Below, one piece after another: positions 48,962 through 58,745 of a stretch of DNA of 64,000 bases. Each line of letters begins with the position of its first letter. Position 1 is the first letter of the stretch. The stretch comes from Bacillota bacterium (lineage in GTDB: Bacteria > Bacillota > Sulfobacillia > DUMF01): assembly GCA_049718765.1 (NCBI GenBank), contig JBNARI010000005.1, positions 3,999 to 67,998 of the forward strand, in the 5' to 3' direction. The position numbers were made by a program, and so were the translations under genes. The notes under the pieces are model-generated. The model was not told where the DNA came from. It saw nothing but the letters and a program-made list of their open reading frames with translations, and searched no databases.

Positions 48962-49953
48962 AATCCCAAGACTGCAGCCACCCTGTCCACCACCACCCTC
49001 ACCACGTGTTCCAACTTTTGGCTGGTAATGGTACAGCCTGAAGCTCTAGGGTGGCCACCACCACCGAACTCCTCCGCCAGCTTGGCCACATCCACGTGCT
49101 TGCGGGAGCGAAAACCTACTTTAATTGAACCACCGGGCGTTTCCCGGAAAACAATCCCCACTTCCACCCCTCTAACAGACCTGGCGTAGTTCACAAGACC
49201 CTCTGATTCTTCCTCGGAGGCCCCTACTTTAGCCATCTCGTCCAAACTCAGGGTTATCCACGCAATCTTGCCACTCGGGTGGAGCTGCAGGTTGCCCAAA
49301 GCTACCCCCAGCAGTCTGAGGCTGCTTACTGACTTAGTTTCATACACATGTTCCGAAACCTCGTCGGGCTTGGCTCCGCTTTTGACTAGCTCTGATGCCA
49401 CTTCAAGGCAGCGGGCAGTTGTGTTGGAATAGCGGAAACTGCCCGTGTCTGTGCATACCGCAGTGTAAAGACAAGTGGCAACTGCTGGAGAAAGCTCACA
49501 GCCCATGGCCTTTATTAGGTAGAAAACCATTTCCCCCACCGACGAGGCAGTCGTGTCTACCCACCATATGTGGCCGAACCGCGTATTGGAAACGTGGTGA
49601 TCGATGTTAATCACAGTATGTGCAACCTGCAGAAGCTCCTCGCTTCCACGGCTTCTGGACATTTCGCCACAGTCGACCAGCACCGCGCAGCACCCCCGCG
49701 CGAATCCCAGGGGCACCTCCTCCGGCAAAAGCACTTCGGCTGCACCAGGCAGAAACCTGTACACTTCGGGAACCCCGTCTGCAGAAACCACAAACACCTG
49801 TTTACCTACCTGCCTGAGAACGGCAGCCAAAGCTAAAGAGCTTCCAATGGTATCACCGTCGGGCACCTCATGGGTGAAAACCAGAAACCGGGTGTTTTTT
49901 GCAATTTCCTCCACTATTTCCCGAATATACGTGGCATCAAGAGGTGCTGGCAT
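48958..49953 (-). CDS. nrnA: DHH-family bifunctional oligoribonuclease / pAp phosphatase NrnA
   Basis: DHH motifs (DHH at ...NIDHHVSN) and a DHHA1 domain (GGGHPRASG). Confidence 0.8.
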   Translation of the reverse strand: MPAPLDATYIREIVEEIAKNTRFLVFTHEVPDGDTIGSSLALAAVLRQVGKQVFVVSADGVPEVYRFLPGAAEVLLPEEVPLGFARGCCAVLVDCGEMSRSRGSEELLQVAHTVINIDHHVSNTRFGHIWWVDTTASSVGEMVFYLIKAMGCELSPAVATCLYTAVCTDTGSFRYSNTTARCLEVASELVKSGAKPDEVSEHVYETKSVSSLRLLGVALGNLQLHPSGKIAWITLSLDEMAKVGASEEESEGLVNYARSVRGVEVGIVFRETPGGSIKVGFRSRKHVDVAKLAEEFGGGGHPRASGCTITSQKLEHVVRVVVDRVAAVLGL

Positions 49954-50296
49954 TCTGATCTCCCTTTATTTGGTTGAGTATCTTGGATATTTCCACACCC
50001 TTTTCAATGGATTCATCCAGCTTGAACGAGATTTCCGGGGCATGGTAAATGCCCAGACGCCTAGTCACCTCGCTGCGAATGAAACCACAAGCACTTTTCA
50101 GCCCTTCCATAGTCTTTTTCTTTTGCTCATCTCCTCCCAGGACGCTCACAAACACCTTGGCGTGAGCCAAATCGCTGGAAAGCTCAACTCTAGTCACGCT
50201 GCAAAAGCCAATCCTGGGATCCTTCAGTTCCCGCTGGATCATTAGGGATATTTCTTCCTTCATGGCTTCAGCGAGTCTCTCCGCACGCATGGCCAT
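49937..50296 (-). CDS. rbfA: Ribosome-binding factor A
   Basis: 119 aa, KH-like fold, conserved RbfA sequence (...VTRVELSSDLAHAKVFVSV...). Confidence 0.9.
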   Translation of the reverse strand: MAMRAERLAEAMKEEISLMIQRELKDPRIGFCSVTRVELSSDLAHAKVFVSVLGGDEQKKKTMEGLKSACGFIRSEVTRRLGIYHAPEISFKLDESIEKGVEISKILNQIKGDQNASTS

Positions 50297-50310
50297 AGGT
50301 TATCCCCCGC

Positions 50311-50598
50311 TTAAACTATTCTAATGTTGTAGCTTGCAACATCGCCGTCGTGATTGTGCTCAATCCATTTTAGGACGTCTTCCAGAACCTGCTGTAACAG
50401 TTGCTTGTCACTGGATACAGTTGCTACGCCCAACGCACTCAGGCTGTAAGAGTCCAGATAGCCCACTTCGGCCACCCCAACGTTGTACCTGTGCCTGATT
50501 CTGTCCAGCAGGCTCTTGACGACCCTTCTCTTACCCTTCAGTGACTCGTTACACGGAATCGTGATTATTACTTCCAGGCTCCCTATGAACAACCTCAA
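50311..50598 (-). CDS. DUF503 protein (YlxP-like)
   Basis: 95 aa, at the conserved position between infB and rbfA. Confidence 0.75.
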   Translation of the reverse strand: MRLFIGSLEVIITIPCNESLKGKRRVVKSLLDRIRHRYNVGVAEVGYLDSYSLSALGVATVSSDKQLLQQVLEDVLKWIEHNHDGDVASYNIRIV

Positions 50599-52872
50599 TC
50601 AAGACGCGCGGACTTCTTCTATGCTGTAAACCTCCAGCGCGTCGCCCTCCTTTATGTCCTGGAACCGGTCAAGGCCCACCCCGCACTCGTACCCTGCAGG
50701 CACTTCCTTTACGTCTTCCTTGAACCTCTTAAGCGAGGCAATTTGCCCATCATATACCACCACGCCGTCCCTTATCACCCGCACGTTCATGTCCTTGATC
50801 ACTTTACCTTCGGTCACGTAGCAGCCCGCTACAGTGCCCACCTTGGGCACCCTGAATGTGGCTCTCACCTCTGCCCTGCCGTGGACCACTTCCTGCTTCT
50901 TAGGCTTGATCAGGCCCTTCGCGGCGCTCTCGATGTCGTCGATCAGCTCATATATCACTTTGTAGGTGCGCACTTCTATCCTGTGCTGCTCCGCTGCCTT
51001 GGCGGCATTGGCGTCAGGTCTTACGTTAAACCCCACAATGATTGCGTGGGAGGCAGCGGCAAGCATCACGTCGTTCTCAGTGATGCCACCAACCGCAGCG
51101 TGAATGACGTTCACCTTAACACCATGCACATCTACCTTGCTCAGGGCCTGCTTCACCGCTTCTATCGAGCCCTGCACGTCTGCCTTCACAATAACGTTGA
51201 GCTCGGTCACTTCGCCTTCCTTGGCCTTATCAACCAGCTCCTCCAGGCTCACCCTGTGGAATGCAAGGAACTGTTGCTCACGAGCCTTCTTGGCGCGAAG
51301 CTCGGCTACTTCCTTGGCCACCTTTTCAGACTCCACTACCTGCAGCACGTCCCCTGCCCCTGGCACGCTCGCCAGCCCAATCACTTCCACAGGTACCGAA
51401 GGCCCCGCGTGCTTGATGCGCCGTCCCTTGTCGTCCATCATGGCGCGCACCCTACCGTATGTTGTACCACATACTATGGCATCGCCCACGTTCAGGGTGC
51501 CCCCTTGGACCAGCACGGTGGCGACTGGACCTCTGCCCTTGTCAAGCCTGGCTTCTATGACCACCCCGTGTGCCTTCTTGTCGGGGTTTGCCTTGAGCTC
51601 CAACATGTCCGCCACAAGCAATACCATCTCCAAGAGCTGGTCCAGGTTGGTCCTTTGTCTGGCAGAAACCGGCACACAAATAACGTCACCACCCCAGTCC
51701 TCTGGAACTAGCCCAAGCTCTGCAAGTTGGCCCTTCACCCTGTCAGGTTTGGCAGTGGGCTTATCGATTTTGTTCAACGCCACGATTATAGGTACCTTGG
51801 CTGCGCGAGCATGGTTTATTGCCTCAACAGTCTGGGGCATGACCCCGTCGTCAGCAGCCACTACCAGCACCGCAATATCGGTCACCTTGATCCCCCTTGC
51901 CCTCATGGCTGTAAAGGCCTCGTGGCCGGGGGTGTCAAGGAAAACGATCTTCCTGCCGTTCACCTCAACCGTGGACGCGCCAATGTGCTGGGTAATCCCT
52001 CCAGCCTCCTGAGCAGTAACCCTCGTTTGGCGAATTGCGTCCAGCAGCGACGTCTTACCGTGATCCACGTGACCCATCACGGTGACAACCGGCGGACGAG
52101 GTTTGAGCTTATCAGGAGGATCAGGCGCATTTAGTTCCTGGCGAAGTTTCTCCTCCAAGCTCAGCTCAGGCTGTTTTTGGACCACCTCGAAGCCCAGCTC
52201 TGCAGTAACGACTGCCGCCGTGTCCGCATCCAGGGTTTGGTTAATGGTTGCCATAACCCCAAGGGACATGAGCTTCTTGATGAGCTGAGTTACTGGAATC
52301 CCCGTCTTTTGGGCAAGCTCCTTCACTGTCAGAGAACCCTCGATTGTAACGCTCTTCGGCCTTTCCTCGACTGCCGCCTTCTGAGCTTGGAGCGTCTTTG
52401 GAACTCCCGCTGGGCGAGCTGGCATCGCAGGCCGGGTTTGTCGTACAGTTACCTGTTTCTGAGCAGCAGGCATCGGGGCCGCTGCAGCACCACTTCGCAC
52501 GTTTCCAGGCTTACCTGGCTGGACGCTGATAGTGCTGCTCCGAGCATCGACTGACCGGCCCCCAGGCTGACCCTTCTTTTGCTGTTGCGCTTGTTGGGAG
52601 GCTTGCTGCTGCACGTGTTGTTGAGTCTGCTGCTGTTGCGCCCCACGTGCCTCAGAGGGTGCAGGGCGCGGCTTAGCCTGTTTTGCTTCCCTCTTTTGTT
52701 CTGCCTTCTTTTTGCCTGCCACTGTATCCTTTACCAGCTGCACGGCTTCCGAGGAGAGGGTGCTCATGTGGTTCTTCACTTGTATCCCTGCATGGGCCAG
52801 CACGTGAATTACGGTCTTGGAGCTGATCCCAAGTTCCCTGGCCAGCTCGTAAACTCTAATCTTGTCAGACAT
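50599..52872 (-). CDS. infB: Translation initiation factor IF-2
   Basis: GTPase domain ([21 protein letters not shown]) and the C-terminal beta-barrels. The start was taken at [14 protein letters not shown]. Confidence 0.95.
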   Translation of the reverse strand: MSDKIRVYELARELGISSKTVIHVLAHAGIQVKNHMSTLSSEAVQLVKDTVAGKKKAEQKREAKQAKPRPAPSEARGAQQQQTQQHVQQQASQQAQQQKKGQPGGRSVDARSSTISVQPGKPGNVRSGAAAAPMPAAQKQVTVRQTRPAMPARPAGVPKTLQAQKAAVEERPKSVTIEGSLTVKELAQKTGIPVTQLIKKLMSLGVMATINQTLDADTAAVVTAELGFEVVQKQPELSLEEKLRQELNAPDPPDKLKPRPPVVTVMGHVDHGKTSLLDAIRQTRVTAQEAGGITQHIGASTVEVNGRKIVFLDTPGHEAFTAMRARGIKVTDIAVLVVAADDGVMPQTVEAINHARAAKVPIIVALNKIDKPTAKPDRVKGQLAELGLVPEDWGGDVICVPVSARQRTNLDQLLEMVLLVADMLELKANPDKKAHGVVIEARLDKGRGPVATVLVQGGTLNVGDAIVCGTTYGRVRAMMDDKGRRIKHAGPSVPVEVIGLASVPGAGDVLQVVESEKVAKEVAELRAKKAREQQFLAFHRVSLEELVDKAKEGEVTELNVIVKADVQGSIEAVKQALSKVDVHGVKVNVIHAAVGGITENDVMLAAASHAIIVGFNVRPDANAAKAAEQHRIEVRTYKVIYELIDDIESAAKGLIKPKKQEVVHGRAEVRATFRVPKVGTVAGCYVTEGKVIKDMNVRVIRDGVVVYDGQIASLKRFKEDVKEVPAGYECGVGLDRFQDIKEGDALEVYSIEEVRAS

Positions 52873-53161
52873 TTTGGCCACCCCCTTTGGCAACTTCCAT
52901 TACCCTCGCTTGAAGTTGCTCTACCAAGTCGGGGGGCATATCTACCTCCAGCGCCTTGGAAAGCCTTGCCGACTTCACTGCTTCCATTAGGCAAGAGCCA
53001 GAAGCACAAATGTATGCGCCTCTGCCTGACTTCTTGCCCGTGGGATCCACCACTACTTGGCCGTCAGGCATCCGAACCACTCGGATGAGTTCCCGTTTGG
53101 GCTTCCTTGCCCCACAGCCGACGCAACTTCTAATTGGCACTTTCCTTTGCTTCACGATCAC
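52865..53161 (-). CDS. YlxR-family (DUF448) RNA-binding protein
   Basis: RSCVGCG...KxELIR motif ([20 protein letters not shown]). Confidence 0.85.
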   Translation of the reverse strand: MIVKQRKVPIRSCVGCGARKPKRELIRVVRMPDGQVVVDPTGKKSGRGAYICASGSCLMEAVKSARLSKALEVDMPPDLVEQLQARVMEVAKGGGQNV

Positions 53162-54228
53162 ACCTGCTTCCCTAGCCCGGCTTCTTCAGATTCCCTGACC
53201 ACCTGGCTCTCGCTCCTTATGTCTACCTTCCATCCCGTGAGCTTAGCGGCAAGCCTTGCGTTTTGCCCTTCCTTGCCTATGGAAAGGGACAGCTGGTTGT
53301 CTGGTACCACAACCCGCGCAACGCGTGTGACGGGATCGCAGGTAACTGAAATCACCTTCGCGGGGCTCAATGCGTTGGCAATGAACTTTTCAGGCTGTTC
53401 ATCCCAACGAACCACATCAATCTTTTCTCCCCGCAGCTCGTTGACTATGTTTTGTATGCGCAGTCCCTTGGGACCAACTACAGCTCCCACTGGGTCAACG
53501 TTGGGGTCCCTGGCTCGTACCGCCACTTTCGATCTGGTTCCAGGTTCCCTCACAATGCCCTTTATTTCCACGATGCCCTCGTGTACTTCTGGCACCTCCA
53601 GCTCAAGCAGCCTCTTGAGCAGACCTGGGTGGGTTCTAGAAATGCTCACCTGAGGGCCCTTTGTTGTGCGCTTCACTTCCAGGATATAAACCTTGATCCT
53701 GTCGCCGTGCTCTAATTTCTCTGAAGGGATTTGCTCGTTGGGCGGCAGCAACGCCTCGAGCCGACCCAAGTCCACAACCACGTTCTTGCTGTCGGCTCTC
53801 TGAACAGTCCCAGTGACGATGTCCCCTTCCTTGCTGGAAAACTCTTCGTAAATCACACCGCGCTCCGCCTCTCTGATCCGCTGGAGCACCACCTGTTTGG
53901 CAGTCTGAGCGGCAATCCTGCCGAAGTTACGGGGAGTGACTTCCGTTTCCACAACGTCTCCCGGCTTGTAAGCAGGGGACATCTTCCTGGCCTCATCCAG
54001 GGAAATCTCTGTCCTGGGATCCTTCACCTGCTCCACCACTGTGCGTCTGGAGAACACCTTTACTTCTCCCGATTCCCTGTCCATCCTTATGCGCACGTTT
54101 TGAGCAGTGCCGAAGTTCCTTTTATAAGCGGAAATGAGAGCGGCTTCAATTGCCTGAATCAGCACCTCTTTGTCTATTCCCTTTTCCCGCTCAAGGTCAT
54201 CTAAAGCTTTTATCAAGTCCTCGCTCAT
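53158..54228 (-). CDS. nusA: Transcription termination/antitermination factor NusA
   Basis: N-terminal domain, S1 and two KH domains. The start was taken at MSEDLIKALDDL. Confidence 0.95.
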   Translation of the reverse strand: MSEDLIKALDDLEREKGIDKEVLIQAIEAALISAYKRNFGTAQNVRIRMDRESGEVKVFSRRTVVEQVKDPRTEISLDEARKMSPAYKPGDVVETEVTPRNFGRIAAQTAKQVVLQRIREAERGVIYEEFSSKEGDIVTGTVQRADSKNVVVDLGRLEALLPPNEQIPSEKLEHGDRIKVYILEVKRTTKGPQVSISRTHPGLLKRLLELEVPEVHEGIVEIKGIVREPGTRSKVAVRARDPNVDPVGAVVGPKGLRIQNIVNELRGEKIDVVRWDEQPEKFIANALSPAKVISVTCDPVTRVARVVVPDNQLSLSIGKEGQNARLAAKLTGWKVDIRSESQVVRESEEAGLGKQV

Positions 54229-54728
54229 GGGTGCCGCCCCTCTTCGAACATTGAAATGTCGTCTATGTCGTCTTTGAGCCTCACAGAACAAACGCCCCTT
54301 CGGTCGAAGTGGCGAAGCTCACCGCTGGATTCTTCCACAATTGAAATGGTGTCAGGGTCACAAGCATCCAGCCGGCCAACGAACTTCTTGGCCCCGTAAA
54401 ACTCCTTGTAGGTCCTGACCTCTACCCTCCGCCCCTTAAAAGCGGCGAACTCCCTGTCCCGTTTGAGTTTCCGGTTAAGGCCAGGTGAAGACACTTCCAG
54501 GTAATAGGTCTCTTGGATCGGGTCCACCTGGTCAAGGAGTTGCTCAAGCTGTCTGGACACGAGCTCACAGTCATCCAGGGTAACGCCCCCAGGTTTGTCC
54601 AGGGTTACCCGCAGGATTCTCCTCCCGCCCTCTTTGACCAGCTCTACGTCGACAAGGGTTAGGCAAGCGGCGTCCGCTATGGGTTGCGCCAGCTGGAATA
54701 CAGTGTCCTCAATCTCGCGAACACCCAT
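54225..54728 (-). CDS. rimP: Ribosome maturation factor RimP
   Basis: Conserved RimP N-terminus (...LVDVELVKEGGRRILRVTLDKPGGVTLDDCE...). Confidence 0.9.
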   Translation of the reverse strand: MGVREIEDTVFQLAQPIADAACLTLVDVELVKEGGRRILRVTLDKPGGVTLDDCELVSRQLEQLLDQVDPIQETYYLEVSSPGLNRKLKRDREFAAFKGRRVEVRTYKEFYGAKKFVGRLDACDPDTISIVEESSGELRHFDRRGVCSVRLKDDIDDISMFEEGRHP

Positions 54729-54740
54729 AACAATCCCCTA

Positions 54741-54775
54741 CTTCTTCAAACAAAGAGTGGGTGTTAAACCCACTC
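54741..54775 (-). terminator. Hairpin plus U-tract in the rimP-nusA-infB leader (terminator/attenuator)
   Basis: Perfect 8-bp inverted repeat gagtgggt/acccactc with a 5-nt loop, followed on the minus-strand RNA by UUUGUUUGAAG, 26 nt upstream of the rimP start. Confidence 0.5.
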
Positions 54776-54862
54776 CCAAATCGACCACAGTTTACCGTTA
54801 ACCTGCTCAGGCTTAGTATACCACCAACTGGCAGGAACCATCAAGCAACGCTTGGACGCAAT

Positions 54863-55726
54863 CTAGCCCGCCAATTCCAGTACCTTCACCGCTAACAACG
54901 GGTCACCAATTGGGAACAAATGGACGCTTCTTCCCAGGCGACGAATTTGGGATATGAGTTCTGCACCAATCTTCAGTCCCTCGTTGGGCGACCCCTTGAG
55001 CATCCGTTCTTCTACCTCTTTGGGAATCACAATTCCAGGCACTTTGGCCTTCAGGTAATTCATGCTCTTGCTGCTTTTCAATGGGAGCACCCCGTAGAGT
55101 ACCTTCAAGCCTAAACCTTCGGCTATCCTGTGGAACTGTTCCACGACCTCAACGTCGAATACTGGCTGGGTCTGAGCAAACCTGGCACCGGCCTCCACCT
55201 TAGCCTTAAGCTTTGCCAGCTCCACGTCAGAGCTCACAACTGCGTTGGGATTGACAGCAACCCCAATGAAGAATTGGGTTGGGCAGTCCAGGGGCCTACC
55301 GGCATAACACAAACCCTGGTTGAGCTTGCTGGCCAGCGCAACCAGCCCAGTAGAGTCCACCTCATACACCGGCATGGCACTTGCATGATCTCCCCGTTCT
55401 GGCCTATCTCCAGACAGCGCCAGCAGGTTCTTAACCCCCAACGCCGCAGCTCCAAGCAGTTCCGCCTGTAGCCCCAACACATTTCGGTCCCTGCAAGTAA
55501 GGTGGAACACCGTTTCAACCCCCAGCACCTCCTGAACCAGGTGGGCAAGGGCAATCGGGCTCATCCTGAGATTCGCCATAGGGCAATCCGCAACGTTGAT
55601 CGCATCAACATATCCCTGAAGGCACCTTACTTGCTCCAGCGTGGGTGTGGGATTCCACCCTCGGGGTGGGTCAACTTCCACAGTGACAGTGAACTTGCCG
55701 TTGTTCAGCTTGCACCGAAGGTCCAC
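54863..55726 (-). CDS. metF: 5,10-methylenetetrahydrofolate reductase
   Basis: TIM-barrel MTHFR family, 287 aa, immediately downstream of metH. Confidence 0.85.
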   Translation of the reverse strand: MDLRCKLNNGKFTVTVEVDPPRGWNPTPTLEQVRCLQGYVDAINVADCPMANLRMSPIALAHLVQEVLGVETVFHLTCRDRNVLGLQAELLGAAALGVKNLLALSGDRPERGDHASAMPVYEVDSTGLVALASKLNQGLCYAGRPLDCPTQFFIGVAVNPNAVVSSDVELAKLKAKVEAGARFAQTQPVFDVEVVEQFHRIAEGLGLKVLYGVLPLKSSKSMNYLKAKVPGIVIPKEVEERMLKGSPNEGLKIGAELISQIRRLGRSVHLFPIGDPLLAVKVLELAG

Positions 55727-55731
55727 CGCTC

Positions 55732-58137
55732 TTACTCTCCTTCTTCCAGCCCTTGCTTTGAGCCGCCAGTTATTGATAACACCAGTTCAGCCGCTCCTGC
55801 AGCGTCTTTGGCGTATCCGTCTGCGCCAATAGATACGGCGTATTCTTGGGTGAGCACTCCGCCACCCACGATAACCTTCTTGTTGGGCCAGCGAGCCTTC
55901 ACAGCTCTGACAGTGCGTTCCATTGCAGGAAGGGTGGTGGTCATGAGCGAGCTTAGGCCAACCACGTCAGCCGAAGATGCCGCGTCTACAATTGCAGCTA
56001 TCGGAACGCTTTTCCCTAGATCAACCACCTGGAAGCCCCTGCTTTCCAGCACCGCGCATACTATGTTCTTGCCCACGTCGTGGATGTCCCCTTCAACTGT
56101 GGCCATGGCAACCCTGGCCCTCTTTCGAAGGGACGTCCCAAGCCTGGGCCTCAGCACTTCAAGACATTTCTTTGCAGCTTCTGCTGCAAGGAGCAGATTC
56201 GGAATAAAGAACACCCTCTGCTCAAATAGCCTACCAGCTTCCTCCATTGCCCTGGTAACGCCACTTTCAAGCACCTCTATCGGGCTCAAGCCGGCTTCAA
56301 GCGCTCCCATCACCCACTGCACCGCAGCCTCGCCGTTCCCGTCCAGCACCGCCTGGCGCAGCCGCCCCATAGGGTCGCTGGCCTCTTGGGAACGGTCGAC
56401 TGGCGCAGCCATAGCCTTAATGTAGCCCTGGCAGCCTGGATCTCGAGCCGCCAGTAGTGCCCCCGTCACCAGCGCTTGCTGTATTTCAGGTGAACAGGGG
56501 TCAGCAATTGGGGCGTCCAGTCCAGCACTGCATGCAGCAGTGAGGAATGCCCCGTTGAGCACTGGCCTTGAAGGTAGACCATGGGATATGTTGCTTATTC
56601 CTGCACAAGTGAGTAAACCCTGGCGGTGCAATTCCTTAATACACCCCAGGCACTTCTCTGCCGCAAAGGGATCTGTGGAAAGGGGAGTTACTGCTGGGTC
56701 AACCAGCACTAACTGCCGTGGCACCCCAACCCCCTCAAGTTTGGAGAGCATATCCCGCACCAATGAGAGCCTTCCCTCCACACTGTCGGGAACCCCCTGG
56801 GTTGTGCTGGGCAATACCACAACCGCTGCGCCAAAACGCTTTGCCAACCTTGCGCCGACGCTGAACAGGGGCTCTTCCAGCCGTAACGAGTTCAGAACTG
56901 GCCTCCCTCTGAACTCCTTCAGCCCCGCTTCGAGCGCTTGGAGGTGCGAAGAGTCTATGAAGCACGGACCATCCCAGACGCCTTGCACAGCGTGAACCAG
57001 CGAACGCATCAGGCTAGCGTGGTCCTGCCCTGGAATGTCGGCAGCCAAGTCAAGGGCCACAGCTCCACACTTGACTTGCTGCCTTGCCTCGGTCATCACA
57101 AGTTCAAACTTTTTTGACACCATGTCTTGCCTGAGGGCCCGTTTCCTGGCAGGATTTATCCTTTCCCCGACGATCACAGGAGACCCGAGCAGTTCCAACC
57201 TGGCAGCCCTGCCTGAACCGCAAATCTGCAGGGCTTCTCCAGTTGTGGATTGAGCCTGTTCCCTTGCTTCAATGTCCATGCGCTTAGCCAAACTCTCACC
57301 CAAACCCCTAATGTGCTCAGGTGTGGAACCGCAACACCCACCGATGAGCGACGCCCCAAACTCCACGAGCTTCGCTGTAGCAGTCCACCACGCTTGTGGG
57401 TCTTTCCATTCGTTCTTTCCCGGAACGCCAGCATTGGGCCGCGCAATCAGCGGTACCCGGCTCATCCTCCTCATCCTAGCAATCACGGCCGCAAGCTGAT
57501 CAGGACCAGTTGAACAGTTTGCACCCACCGCCAGGGCGCCAAGGGACTCAAGGGTAATGGCGGCGCACTCGGGGGATACCCCCATGGTGGTGCTCCCACC
57601 CTCGAAAGTCATGGTGCAGGCCACTGGCAAGCCCTCGTCGCGGCATGCCAGCACTGCCGCCTTGGCTTCGAGCAAGTCCGACATGGTCTCCACCAGTACC
57701 CCATCGGCGCCTGATTCCGCCAGGGCCCGTGCTTGCTCTCGGTACGCCTCGTAGGCCGCGTCAAAACAAATTGGTCCCACAGGGCTCATTAGCTGACCCG
57801 TTGGGCCCATGGAAGCAAGCACCGTCACATCGGACCTGCCTTCTTCCTGGCATGCCCTGCGGGCAAGCTGCACAGCAGCCACGTTAAGGGCCCTTGTTTT
57901 CCCCTCATGCCCAGTCAGGGACAGCTTCAAGGGGTTTGCACCGAACGTGTTGGCAAGCAGCACCTTTGCCCCAGCTCGAAGGTAGAGCCTGTGTACTGTA
58001 CACACATGCTCAGGCAACTCGAGATTGGCCAGCTCAACAGGCTCACCTGGGCGCACTAACCCAACTAGCATCGTGCCCATGGCCCCGTCCATCAGCACCG
58101 GACGTGAGCGGGAAACTTCAATCACTCGCTCTATCAC
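55732..58137 (-). CDS. metH: Cobalamin-dependent methionine synthase lacking the reactivation domain (Hcy-binding, pterin-binding and B12-binding modules)
   Basis: Hcy S-methyltransferase domain, pterin-binding TIM barrel, a B12 cap and the DxHxxG motif (GDIHDVGKNIV); 801 aa. Confidence 0.9.
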   Translation of the reverse strand: MIERVIEVSRSRPVLMDGAMGTMLVGLVRPGEPVELANLELPEHVCTVHRLYLRAGAKVLLANTFGANPLKLSLTGHEGKTRALNVAAVQLARRACQEEGRSDVTVLASMGPTGQLMSPVGPICFDAAYEAYREQARALAESGADGVLVETMSDLLEAKAAVLACRDEGLPVACTMTFEGGSTTMGVSPECAAITLESLGALAVGANCSTGPDQLAAVIARMRRMSRVPLIARPNAGVPGKNEWKDPQAWWTATAKLVEFGASLIGGCCGSTPEHIRGLGESLAKRMDIEAREQAQSTTGEALQICGSGRAARLELLGSPVIVGERINPARKRALRQDMVSKKFELVMTEARQQVKCGAVALDLAADIPGQDHASLMRSLVHAVQGVWDGPCFIDSSHLQALEAGLKEFRGRPVLNSLRLEEPLFSVGARLAKRFGAAVVVLPSTTQGVPDSVEGRLSLVRDMLSKLEGVGVPRQLVLVDPAVTPLSTDPFAAEKCLGCIKELHRQGLLTCAGISNISHGLPSRPVLNGAFLTAACSAGLDAPIADPCSPEIQQALVTGALLAARDPGCQGYIKAMAAPVDRSQEASDPMGRLRQAVLDGNGEAAVQWVMGALEAGLSPIEVLESGVTRAMEEAGRLFEQRVFFIPNLLLAAEAAKKCLEVLRPRLGTSLRKRARVAMATVEGDIHDVGKNIVCAVLESRGFQVVDLGKSVPIAAIVDAASSADVVGLSSLMTTTLPAMERTVRAVKARWPNKKVIVGGGVLTQEYAVSIGADGYAKDAAGAAELVLSITGGSKQGLEEGE

Positions 58138-58139
58138 CG

Positions 58140-58745
58140 CTAATCCCCTCGCTCTGGTTCAGCTGGAAACAGGGGGATGATCCCCAGCACCGATTTGCGT
58201 GGCAACAGCAGCCCTTCAGACCTAACCTGTATCCCCAGCTCCCAACCGTGGGAGTCTTGGAGCAAGACGTGATTTGCCTCAAGGGGCCAGCCCGAATACC
58301 CAGGGCTCAACCGGAACTTGGCAATGAGTCCCCTTTGCCTTGCCTCTCGGCCCACTTCCAGCTGCACGCGGCGCGCCACCGCCTCTGCACCTGCCGAACC
58401 CCACGCATCCGTCACTGCAGCAAGGGCATGGCTTTCGCTCAGGAACAGTTGGGAAATCACCTTGTCCACGTCGGCACCCAAGGTGGCTGAAAAACAGACC
58501 AGGTGCACAGCTCCCCGAACGCGCTCCTTGATTTTTTCGGAGAGCTTGTACCTGACGGGATCCACCTCGCACCAAGAGAAACTCCCAGCAGGGCGCGCAG
58601 CTCCTTCCACAAGCGCCAGCCCTTCCCTCAGCAAGCCCTCAACCGCTTCACTGAGAAGGCTTACGCCCTGCCTGTAACCTAAGTAGCGCAATGCCTCTGA
58701 CCTGTTCACTTGGATTTCTTGCCACTGCAGCTTCAGGATCGCCAT
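58140..58745 (-). CDS. Stand-alone methionine synthase activation (AdoMet-binding reactivation) domain protein
   Basis: 201 aa matching the MetH C-terminal activation domain (...LRYLGYRQG...). The start overlaps the polC stop by 13 nt. Confidence 0.75.
   Translation of the reverse strand: MAILKLQWQEIQVNRSEALRYLGYRQGVSLLSEAVEGLLREGLALVEGAARPAGSFSWCEVDPVRYKLSEKIKERVRGAVHLVCFSATLGADVDKVISQLFLSESHALAAVTDAWGSAGAEAVARRVQLEVGREARQRGLIAKFRLSPGYSGWPLEANHVLLQDSHGWELGIQVRSEGLLLPRKSVLGIIPLFPAEPERGD

Noticed and set aside
50743-52012. Two long plus-strand ORFs (322 and 302 aa)
   Set aside because: They are antisense to infB, with His/Leu- or Ser/Thr-rich low-complexity translations. They are artefacts.
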